The notes beneath the pieces were generated by a model, which worked only from the letters and a program-made list of their open reading frames with translations, searched no databases and was not told the DNA's origin. A stretch of DNA of 48,139 nucleotides from Candidatus Woesearchaeota archaeon. GTDB taxonomy: Archaea; Nanobdellota; Nanobdellia; Pacearchaeales; GW2011-AR1. The stretch is from NCBI GenBank assembly GCA_964470085.1, contig CAYXZJ010000002.1, positions 1,467-49,605 of the forward strand, given 5' to 3'. Every line of letters starts with the position of its first letter. The stretch's first letter is position 1. Position numbers and translations under genes: made by a program. Positions 33,416-40,984 of the stretch are shown in pieces.

Positions 33416-33631
33416 TTACTTCTTTTTTATTTTATGAGCGTTCACATTTTTTTGAAAAACCAATAAATACAACAAAGGCAATATTCCAATTGTATTAAAC
33501 ATCAATAAAACAACAAACCACCATTGTTGATTATTTCTAGCAGCTCTCCACATACCCATTCCTTTCAGTACAAAATCAATTAAAGCCAATATTCCAAAAA
33601 TGACATAAACAAAAATACTCAATTCTTCCAT
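33416..33631 (-). CDS. Small 2-TM membrane protein (DUF5652-like)
   Basis: GMWRAARNNQQWWFVVLLMFNTIGILPLLYLLVF. The family name is from recall only. Confidence 0.55.
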   Translation of the reverse strand: MEELSIFVYVIFGILALIDFVLKGMGMWRAARNNQQWWFVVLLMFNTIGILPLLYLLVFQKNVNAHKIKKK

Positions 33632-33653
33632 AAATATTATCGTCCAATATTCT

Positions 33654-34430
33654 TTATAAAGTTTTCTTTAATACTAAGAAATTTTCGCCAAATTTTTTTA
33701 TATTAAATTCAATATTGAATTCTTTTTCTAAAGAAATAAAAAAGTTTTTTCTATTATCATTAAATGTTTCTCTTCCACTAATACTTTCTGTGGGAAAAGA
33801 AAGAACTATTTTATCTTCTTTATTCATACATTCTTTCAAAAATAGTAAAAAAGTAAGACCAGAACCTTCTTTTAATTTATCTAGAGCATCAGTTACCTGA
33901 AAACAAAAAAATAATTTATTTTCATTATAAGAATTTATTATTTTTTTCAAAAAATCTAATTCCATAATATCACACCAAATACATTTTGCATCAACCTTTT
34001 TATTCTCAAAAAATAAATTCATATTATTCACTATCTGGTTACTAGCTTCAAAGCCTAAATATTTTTTACAACCAAAATATTTTTTCATCAAATCAAAACT
34101 AAAACCGTTCACTCCACAACCAAAATCAAAAACAATTGATCCTTTCTTTATATATTTAGATAAAATTCCATATAATTCTTCATAATTTCTTTTTTTACTT
34201 GAAATATGACTTAACAGAACAGCATTATAATCCATGATATCTTTAGGTTTGATAACCTTGTTTGTCAAAAAAACACCATAATACTTTCTTAGTTTTTTTC
34301 TAACCTCTTTTACAAGTTCATCATCTGACATCTTTGCAGAATTAAATCCATTCAAAAACTTTTTAATAATAGAATCCGGTAAACCAGAAAATTCTCTTTT
34401 ACTTTTAATTTTTTCAATTAAATTATTCAT
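33654..34430 (-). CDS. SAM-dependent methyltransferase resembling the ArmA/Rmt (FmrO) 16S rRNA m7G1405 methyltransferase family
   Basis: 258 aa. Ordered motif matches to Arm/Rmt enzymes: KSKREF (SKKY), KLRKYYGVF (KLHxIxGAY), HISSKKR (HxSTxER), FDFGCGVNGFSF (LDxxCGxNPLAL), SFPTESISGRE (SFPTRSLGGRG). Confidence 0.6.
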   Translation of the reverse strand: MNNLIEKIKSKREFSGLPDSIIKKFLNGFNSAKMSDDELVKEVRKKLRKYYGVFLTNKVIKPKDIMDYNAVLLSHISSKKRNYEELYGILSKYIKKGSIVFDFGCGVNGFSFDLMKKYFGCKKYLGFEASNQIVNNMNLFFENKKVDAKCIWCDIMELDFLKKIINSYNENKLFFCFQVTDALDKLKEGSGLTFLLFLKECMNKEDKIVLSFPTESISGRETFNDNRKNFFISLEKEFNIEFNIKKFGENFLVLKKTL

Positions 34431-35106
34431 TTTTTATCTTCAATTTTAATTCTCTATAAAAACTATTTTCTCCGTCACAAAAATCTTCGAATCCAACAAT
34501 TGAAATATGTTTTTTATATAATGGACATGACAAAACGAGACTCTCAAATTCCCCACCTTCACCAATTAGACTAATTTTATATTTTTCGTTTAATTCCTTT
34601 AATTCTTGAATTAATTTAGAATCTATTTTCCTACCAAGATACGTTTTATTAAGAGGATATGCGAAAACACCAATAATTAAAACATGAAAATTATTTTTTA
34701 TTAATTCATCCAACAATTTTAACTGTTCTTTTTGCCAAAGAGGATTTATTAATTTCAAATTTAATTTATCACAAGTCTTTTTTATTCTTGAGGACTGATA
34801 AACAGACATTATAGCTCCAGAAACAATTCCTTCAATTTTATATTTATTTTTTGCATCTAAAATAATATTTTCTAAATCTTCTAATTCTTTTTCTTTAATA
34901 CCTTCTGTTTTTTTTATCAATATTGGTATTTCCATGGCCTCAGCTAAAATACTAACATTTGCAATAGATGGAGTATGAAACATGTAACTATATTTATTTT
35001 TACTATCCAAACTAATTAAACAACGAATATCATCTCCATTTAGTTTAGATAGATAAGCAGAATAAACTGAATCTTTTCCACCACTAAAAAGAACACCAAC
35101 TTTCAT
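34423..35106 (-). CDS. dph6: Dph6/MJ0570-family ATP pyrophosphatase (diphthine-ammonia ligase-like)
   Basis: MKVGVLFSGGKDS (PP-loop) and GEGGEFESLVL. The start at M13 (35106) is preferred. Confidence 0.8.
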   Translation of the reverse strand: MKVGVLFSGGKDSVYSAYLSKLNGDDIRCLISLDSKNKYSYMFHTPSIANVSILAEAMEIPILIKKTEGIKEKELEDLENIILDAKNKYKIEGIVSGAIMSVYQSSRIKKTCDKLNLKLINPLWQKEQLKLLDELIKNNFHVLIIGVFAYPLNKTYLGRKIDSKLIQELKELNEKYKISLIGEGGEFESLVLSCPLYKKHISIVGFEDFCDGENSFYRELKLKIKNE

Positions 35107-35107
35107 A

Positions 35108-35386
35108 TTAAAATCTCCTAGGAGGACGAGTTGGGGGAACACTTGAATATTTACTCTGAGAAACTGATTTCTTTAAATTATTTGGTTTTTTTGTAAAACC
35201 TTTTGATGTATCATTAAAGATTTTTTGAGTATTTGTATTATTTGTTGATTGAGTAGGTTCTTCCGGAGCATCAAAATAATTCTTTTTAGGTTTTCTAGTA
35301 AACAGGAATACCAATAGTATAACTATTAAAACAGCAAATACAATAAGACCAACCGCCATAACAAAGTTCTGAGTATATTCAACCAT
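35108..35386 (-). CDS. Small single-pass membrane protein with disordered basic tail
   Basis: FVMAVGLIVFAVLIVILLVFLF TM, then a polar T/N/K/P-rich tail. Its stop lies 1 nt from the dph6 start. Confidence 0.5.
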   Translation of the reverse strand: MVEYTQNFVMAVGLIVFAVLIVILLVFLFTRKPKKNYFDAPEEPTQSTNNTNTQKIFNDTSKGFTKKPNNLKKSVSQSKYSSVPPTRPPRRF

Positions 35387-35412
35387 AATTTAACTTATAA
35401 TAAAATAGTTTA

Positions 35413-36159
35413 TTAATTTTTCTTAGACTTAATAATTTTTGCCTTTTTTACTGTTTTTTTGTTAACAACATCAACCTTTACTTTTTTTGTCTGTTCAACC
35501 TTTATTTTTTTAGGCTCTTCATATTTACAGAATTCCTTATACATTGAATATATAAAACATGCACTCAGTATATAAAATATCATAGCAAATAATGTCGTTA
35601 AAACACCAACGACAACAACGCTTGGTATAAGATATATTAAAACAAATATAAACATTCCAAATAAAATAATTATTAAATAGAATAGAATCTGCATTCCAAA
35701 TATTCTCCACCACTTTCCCTTAACACAATTATGACTTTGTCCTAAAGATTTCTTTATTTCTCCATTCTCATTTAAAATAAAAATAATAGATGCAAAAATC
35801 CAAAATATACTAAAAATGATTCCAGGAACAATTAACAATAAACTCAAACCCATTAAAAATATCGTAATAACTAACTCAAACAAAACAAATCTAGGTAATA
35901 TTTTCCAAGATTCTTTCTTTACGTCTTTTGTTTTTCCATCCAAAGTTTTAATAATAAAAATCAAAAAAAACGATGTTGTAACAAAAAGTAAGACAGTAAC
36001 AAAAAAATCTATTCCCATATTCCATTTATATTCTGTTGATAAAAACGATAAAAATTGTGGAATAAAATATGTCAAAAATCCAATGCTAACAAATACACTA
36101 AAATTCTCTTTAAACATATCAACTGCTGCCGAAAAAATATCACCGAACTTCTTACTCAT
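35413..36159 (-). CDS. Multi-pass membrane protein with Lys-rich C-terminal tail
   Basis: Five to six hydrophobic segments and a C-terminal KKIKVEQTKKVKVDVVNKKTVKKAKIIKSKKN. Confidence 0.65.
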   Translation of the reverse strand: MSKKFGDIFSAAVDMFKENFSVFVSIGFLTYFIPQFLSFLSTEYKWNMGIDFFVTVLLFVTTSFFLIFIIKTLDGKTKDVKKESWKILPRFVLFELVITIFLMGLSLLLIVPGIIFSIFWIFASIIFILNENGEIKKSLGQSHNCVKGKWWRIFGMQILFYLIIILFGMFIFVLIYLIPSVVVVGVLTTLFAMIFYILSACFIYSMYKEFCKYEEPKKIKVEQTKKVKVDVVNKKTVKKAKIIKSKKN

Positions 36160-36195
36160 AAATAAAAATAAAAACTTACATTATTTAAATCTTAT

Positions 36196-37122
36196 GTGGC
36201 GTCAACAAATCAATCACCATTTTACAAAAGAGCAGAAGAAGAATTTCTATTAGCGCAAACCGATGAAGAGCGAATGGCGTGTTTAGAAATAATGATAAAA
36301 GAATGTCCAAAACACAAATCTTCTGAAAATATGTTAAGAAATTTAACAACTAGATACAAGAAACTAAAAGATTCTGTAGATCGGAAGAAAAAAGGTTCAA
36401 AAGTAGGTCCTTCTCAACAAGGAATAAAAAAAGCTGACATGCAATGTGTTTTATTTGGTCCAGCAAATGTAGGAAAATCAACAATATTTAATATATTAAC
36501 CAAAGGAAATCCAGAATCTAAAATTTCTCAATATCCACATACAACAAACGAACCAATAATTGGGACTTTCGACTTTGAAGATGTAAAAATTCAAATTATA
36601 GATGACGCACCAATTCCAGATCACAATAAATCCTTAGTAAATTCAACTGGAACGTTACTAATCATATTTGACAATTTAAATCAACTAGACATAATTGAAA
36701 AACAAACATGGAAATCATATTCAAATAAAATTTACATTTATAACAAAATAGATAATTTATCCACTTCTGAACTTCGGAAACTAAAAGAAACAGTGAAATC
36801 TAAATATAGGAAACTTAATGTACAATATTTTTCAAAAGATTTTACAGAACACGAAGTAGAACACATAAAAAAAATAATATTTGAAACTTTTCCAATAATT
36901 AGAATATATACAAAAGAACCAGGAAAAGAAAGAAGTCATGTTCCAATGATATTAAAAAAAGACTCAAAAGTAGAAGATGTTGCAGAGAAAATTCTAAAAG
37001 GATTATCGAAAGATATATTCCAAACAAAAATTTGGGGACCATCATCAAAATTCGCTGGACAATTAGTTGGAACAAAACATATATTAAAAGATAGAGACGT
37101 TGTTGAATTTAAATCTAAATAA
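36196..37122 (+). CDS. DRG/Obg-type GTP-binding protein with C-terminal TGS domain
   Basis: ECPKHKSSENMLRNLTTRYKKLK (DRG N-terminal), G1 GPANVGKS, G2 YPHTT, G4 NKID, TGS-like ...RDVVEFKSK. The track start is a GTG, so the start is uncertain. Confidence 0.75.
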   Translation: MASTNQSPFYKRAEEEFLLAQTDEERMACLEIMIKECPKHKSSENMLRNLTTRYKKLKDSVDRKKKGSKVGPSQQGIKKADMQCVLFGPANVGKSTIFNILTKGNPESKISQYPHTTNEPIIGTFDFEDVKIQIIDDAPIPDHNKSLVNSTGTLLIIFDNLNQLDIIEKQTWKSYSNKIYIYNKIDNLSTSELRKLKETVKSKYRKLNVQYFSKDFTEHEVEHIKKIIFETFPIIRIYTKEPGKERSHVPMILKKDSKVEDVAEKILKGLSKDIFQTKIWGPSSKFAGQLVGTKHILKDRDVVEFKSK

Positions 37123-37175
37123 TTAACTTTAAAGTTACAACAAATATATTTAAATTATTCTTCTTTTCATCGAAT

Positions 37176-37658
37176 ATGAAAAAAAGAGGAGATAAGGTTC
37201 CGGCAATTCCATTAAAACAAGAATTACCTACACCACACTTAGTTGACCCAAATGGATTAGATAAACAGAATTTTTTACAAAAGTCTGAAACACAATATAC
37301 CCCACTACCTCAAACAAATTTTCAAAATACATTTCAAAGTGGATTTGTGCCTGTATCACCAATTCAATCACAACAAGGTTTATCAACATTTTCTCCAACC
37401 ACGAGAGAATTAAACTTACAACCAAGTCAAACACAACAAGAAGATCAACCATTTTTTGTAAGAATCGACAAATTTAATTTATCGAAGGGATATTTGAATA
37501 GTATAATAAAAAAAGTTGATGATGTAAAGGATATAATTGACAATTTAGAAAAAATAAAAGAAAAAGAAAATCAAGAAGTTTCTGAATGGAAGCAACAAAA
37601 CAATTCTATTAAAGAACTACTTACACAAATAGATAGAGAAATGTTCGGGAAGTTATAA
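37176..37658 (+). CDS. Q/P/T-rich N-terminal low-complexity region + C-terminal coiled-coil protein
   Basis: QKSETQYTPLPQTNFQNTFQSGFVPVSPIQSQQGLSTFSP...QPSQTQQEDQ, then PFFVRIDKF...IIDNLEKIKEKENQEVSEWKQQ. Confidence 0.6.
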   Translation: MKKRGDKVPAIPLKQELPTPHLVDPNGLDKQNFLQKSETQYTPLPQTNFQNTFQSGFVPVSPIQSQQGLSTFSPTTRELNLQPSQTQQEDQPFFVRIDKFNLSKGYLNSIIKKVDDVKDIIDNLEKIKEKENQEVSEWKQQNNSIKELLTQIDREMFGKL

Positions 37659-37659
37659 A

Positions 37660-37995
37660 ATGGATGAGAGTATTTTTGTCCCTATAACTTTTGAAAAATA
37701 TAGAAATAACAAGATTTCTGGTCTGAAAACACAATTATTAATTAAAAAGTCTTTTTTACAACTAAAAAAAATCGAAGAAATTAGAGATTTAAAAGAAGAT
37801 TATATTAAACAATTAAAAAAAGCCACAAACGATATTTATAGAGATTTAAATTTATTGCAACAGCAATTGCCAAAACTTAAAGGAGAAACTAAAAAACAAC
37901 AACAGATTATTGATAAACCCAAGATAAATTATTCTAACAATATTGATGACGAATTAGAAAAAATACAGGCCAAGTTGAGAGCATTATCGTCATGA
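37660..37995 (+). CDS. Small coiled-coil protein
   Basis: Heptad-like K/E/L/Q pattern. Its start lies 2 nt after the previous stop, and its 3' end overlaps the next gene by 4 nt (ATGA). Confidence 0.55.
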   Translation: MDESIFVPITFEKYRNNKISGLKTQLLIKKSFLQLKKIEEIRDLKEDYIKQLKKATNDIYRDLNLLQQQLPKLKGETKKQQQIIDKPKINYSNNIDDELEKIQAKLRALSS

Positions 37996-38276
37996 ACAAA
38001 ATAATATTATTGGATATTATTATTCTTTTTACGATATTCGTCGGAATTCTTAGTATAAATATAAATGACCGAATTGAAGGAAATATTAAATCAGTTGATT
38101 ATGGAAATAATAAAATTACAATTTACTTAAATAATAAGGAAAATCCAATAATCGTTTTTGAAAATTCAATTCTAAATCTCAAGAACGGAGACACAATAAT
38201 AGCATATGGTAAAAACGATCTTTATCGACAAAAACAACAATTAATCGCAGAAAAAATAGTTAAAATAACTAATTAA
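37992..38276 (+). CDS. Membrane-anchored small beta-rich (OB-fold-like) protein
   Basis: N-terminal TM IILLDIIILFTIFVGILSI, then RIEGNIKSVDYGNNKITIYLNNKENPIIVFEN...GDTIIAYGK (alternating beta pattern). Confidence 0.5.
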   Translation: MNKIILLDIIILFTIFVGILSININDRIEGNIKSVDYGNNKITIYLNNKENPIIVFENSILNLKNGDTIIAYGKNDLYRQKQQLIAEKIVKITN

Positions 38277-38326
38277 TTATCCTAATTTTTATATAAAAAA
38301 CAAATAATACATTTTCTTTTTGGTTA

Positions 38327-39496
38327 ATGATTCAGGAAGTTATCGTTTTTATTCTGGGAATAATCTCTGGAATTATTACAGGTCTACTTCCTGGAATTCA
38401 TAATAATTTAATTACAACTCTTTTAGTTACATCCGGCTTAATCTATAAATTTTCAACGAAATTAGGAATTATATACATTGTTTCGTTATCGGTCACAAAC
38501 ACATTCACAGATATAATACCATCAATTTATTTATTTTGTCAATCACCAGACACAGCAATAATTTCAACTCCAGGACAAAAAATGGTTGCCGAAGGTAATG
38601 GGCACATAGCAATAAATAATACCATTAAAGGTTCGATAATTGCAATAATAGCCTTTCTAATAATTTTATTTCCTTTGATATTAATTTTACAATTTTACGA
38701 CAAAATAGAAATTATGTTCCCTTGGTTACTTAGCTGGATAATTATCTTATCTGTTTATCGAACTGAAAACAAAATAGAAACAATAATTATTATACTTCTT
38801 TCTGGTGTTTTGGGATTTTTTGTCCTGAATTCAACGGTAAATCAACCATTATTACCATTATTAACTGGATTTTTTGGAACAGCAGATTTGATAACAACAA
38901 AAACCGATAAAATTCCTCATCAAGAATTAACTGAAGAAAAAATAACACTAAAAGAATCTTTTCAAATTTTAATAAAAACCTTAATTATTTCTCCACTTTG
39001 TTCTTTATTGCCTGGGCTTGGAACAAGTCAAGCATCTATGTTAGGAAATTTCAAAAAACAAGAACCAAAACAATCAATGATTTTAATCGGATCAATAAAT
39101 ACACTCGTTTTATGTACCTCTTTTATAACATTATATTCCATAAACAAAAGTCGAAGCGGAGCCGCCGCCGCAATATCTCAACTAACTTTTTTAACAAAAT
39201 CCGACCTTCTAACAATTATTATTACTATATTAATAACCGCAATTGTCTCTGCAAAAGTAACCAATTTACTTTCTAAAAAAATATCTAAGAAAATAAATAA
39301 AATTAATTTTCAGGTTTTAAAATTTTCAATACTTATTTTCGTTTCAATATTAACAATCGCAGTCTCCGGAGTTCAAGGAACAATTATTTACATAACATCT
39401 ATTCTTATCGGAATTTTGACAATAAAACTCAACGTTACAAAATCTAGCATGATGAGTTGTATATTACTATCAACAATAATTTATTATCTACCTTAA
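38327..39496 (+). CDS. Polytopic membrane protein, TctA/DUF112-like
   Basis: GIITGLLPGIHNN and SLLPGLGTSQASML resemble the repeated G-x-PG-hG motifs of DUF112/TctA (recall only). About 10 TM segments. Confidence 0.6.
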   Translation: MIQEVIVFILGIISGIITGLLPGIHNNLITTLLVTSGLIYKFSTKLGIIYIVSLSVTNTFTDIIPSIYLFCQSPDTAIISTPGQKMVAEGNGHIAINNTIKGSIIAIIAFLIILFPLILILQFYDKIEIMFPWLLSWIIILSVYRTENKIETIIIILLSGVLGFFVLNSTVNQPLLPLLTGFFGTADLITTKTDKIPHQELTEEKITLKESFQILIKTLIISPLCSLLPGLGTSQASMLGNFKKQEPKQSMILIGSINTLVLCTSFITLYSINKSRSGAAAAISQLTFLTKSDLLTIIITILITAIVSAKVTNLLSKKISKKINKINFQVLKFSILIFVSILTIAVSGVQGTIIYITSILIGILTIKLNVTKSSMMSCILLSTIIYYLP

Positions 39497-39543
39497 TCTT
39501 CTATAAAACAAAAGTATATAAATATAAAAAAATCTAATAGTAC

Positions 39544-40056
39544 ATGGTTTCAATAACAGAAATATTTGCAACATGGCAAAGTTCCGGAATATTTACTTAC
39601 GTTTTACCATTCTTTTTGGTATTCGGTATTATTTTTGCAATTTTAGAAAAAACAAAAGTTTTTGGAGAGAGTAAAAAGGAAATCAACGCAATAATTTCAA
39701 TTGCTTCTGCATTATTAATGTTACAAATTGACGCAGTTCCACAATTTTTTTCAAACATATTTCCTAAACTTGGAATTGCTTTAGCTGCGTTATTAGTTGT
39801 CTTGATTTTTGTAGGTTTTTTTGATAGTGATACTAAGGAAAATATGAAAAATAAATGGATTGGCATAGTATTCGCAGGAATAATTATTTTGTGGGCGGTT
39901 GTTTCAAGTATTCCAAATTGGTCACAATATGAAGGATTAATAAACTGGTTACAAGGTGAATGGTTAACTTCATTTATACCAATACTAATATTAATAGTAA
40001 TATTTGTTATAGGAATAACTAAAAGTGGACAAAGCGGAAAAAGCGGGAAACCTTAA
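39544..40056 (+). CDS. 4-TM membrane protein, LPF-x-LVF...AILEKTK family (paralog 2 of 3)
   Basis: YVLPFFLVFGIIFAILEKTKVFGESKKEINAIISI. Confidence 0.75.
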   Translation: MVSITEIFATWQSSGIFTYVLPFFLVFGIIFAILEKTKVFGESKKEINAIISIASALLMLQIDAVPQFFSNIFPKLGIALAALLVVLIFVGFFDSDTKENMKNKWIGIVFAGIIILWAVVSSIPNWSQYEGLINWLQGEWLTSFIPILILIVIFVIGITKSGQSGKSGKP

Positions 40057-40527
40057 ATGACAACTGCATCAATAGTCACATATTTTTTGCCAATATTCTC
40101 TTTCTTATTAGTATTTATTGTATGCTATGCAATTCTACAAAAAACAAAAGTTTTAGGAAATAATTCAGGTACTAGTTTACTTATCTCGCTTATATTAGCA
40201 AGTTTTTTTATTGTTGAAACACAACTCTCAGAATTTATTCAATTTACGTCTTCATGGATTAGTGTTATAGTAATAATTTTATTTTTCTTATTTGTAATAT
40301 TAGCATTCATACCAGGAAAAGAACCACTTAAATTCATATCAGACGGATGGTTCAGTTGGGTAGTATTAGCTTTAGTAATAATCTTTTTTATAACGTCCGC
40401 AACTTATGTTTTCCATTGGACTATAAACTTAACAAATGCACTTTCTTGGATGCAAAAAGATTGGTTCCAGTTTCTTTTATTAATAATTATTTCAATTGTG
40501 GTAGCTGGTGTACTAAAAAAAGAATAA
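40057..40527 (+). CDS. 4-TM membrane protein, same family (paralog 3 of 3)
   Basis: YFLPIFSFLLVFIVCYAILQKTKVLGNN. The start directly abuts the paralog 2 stop. Confidence 0.75.
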   Translation: MTTASIVTYFLPIFSFLLVFIVCYAILQKTKVLGNNSGTSLLISLILASFFIVETQLSEFIQFTSSWISVIVIILFFLFVILAFIPGKEPLKFISDGWFSWVVLALVIIFFITSATYVFHWTINLTNALSWMQKDWFQFLLLIIISIVVAGVLKKE

Positions 40528-40575
40528 TAATTCTATACCCAAAACCTTTTAAATGAAAATCGTTTTTATAAAAGT

Positions 40576-40935
40576 ATGAAAATCGGAAGAAAAATTAGTG
40601 GTGGAAGATATAAACATCCAAAAAAGAAAAAAAGCACAGGTAGACAGAGTCAAGCAAGAATTGTAAAGATCGGAGAAAACAGAGTAAAGACACTTAGAAC
40701 TCGTGGTGGTTCTGAAAAAAACGTTTTATTAGCAGGAAATTCATGTAACATAATTATTGATGGAAAAGCAAAAAAAGCAACAATAAAGAATGTTATTGAA
40801 ACACCAGCAAATGTTTTTCTAGCTCGTCAAAATATTATTGTTAAAGGTGCTGTTTTAGAGACTGATTTAGGAAAAGTAAAAGTGACAAACAGACCATCAC
40901 AAGAAGGTCAAATACAAGCAGTTCTCGTTGAATAA
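40576..40935 (+). CDS. rps8e: 30S ribosomal protein S8e
   Basis: MKIGRKISGGRYKHPKKKKSTGRQ...VKTLRTRGG...NVFLARQNIIVKGAVLETDLGKVKVTNRPSQEG. Confidence 0.9.
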   Translation: MKIGRKISGGRYKHPKKKKSTGRQSQARIVKIGENRVKTLRTRGGSEKNVLLAGNSCNIIIDGKAKKATIKNVIETPANVFLARQNIIVKGAVLETDLGKVKVTNRPSQEGQIQAVLVE

Positions 40936-40984
40936 GTATAGAAATACTTTAATAATCTATAATTCTTATAGGTAAGAGGTTACT

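Noticed and set aside
33715-33900. 61-aa plus-strand ORF
   Set aside because: Antisense shadow inside the Arm/Rmt-like methyltransferase gene.
35816-36253. 145-aa plus-strand ORF
   Set aside because: Mostly antisense to the 248-aa membrane-protein gene, with a Lys/Asn-rich shadow composition. It also clashes with the DRG GTPase start.
37228-37452. 74-aa minus-strand ORF
   Set aside because: Antisense to the Q-rich region of ORF 37176-37658 (complement of CAA-rich sequence).
38998-39276. 92-aa plus-strand ORF
   Set aside because: Alternative frame inside the DUF112-like permease gene.
39597-39866. 89-aa minus-strand ORF
   Set aside because: Antisense shadow inside 4-TM paralog 2.
40347-40556. 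69-aa plus-strand ORF
   Set aside because: Alternative frame inside 4-TM paralog 3.
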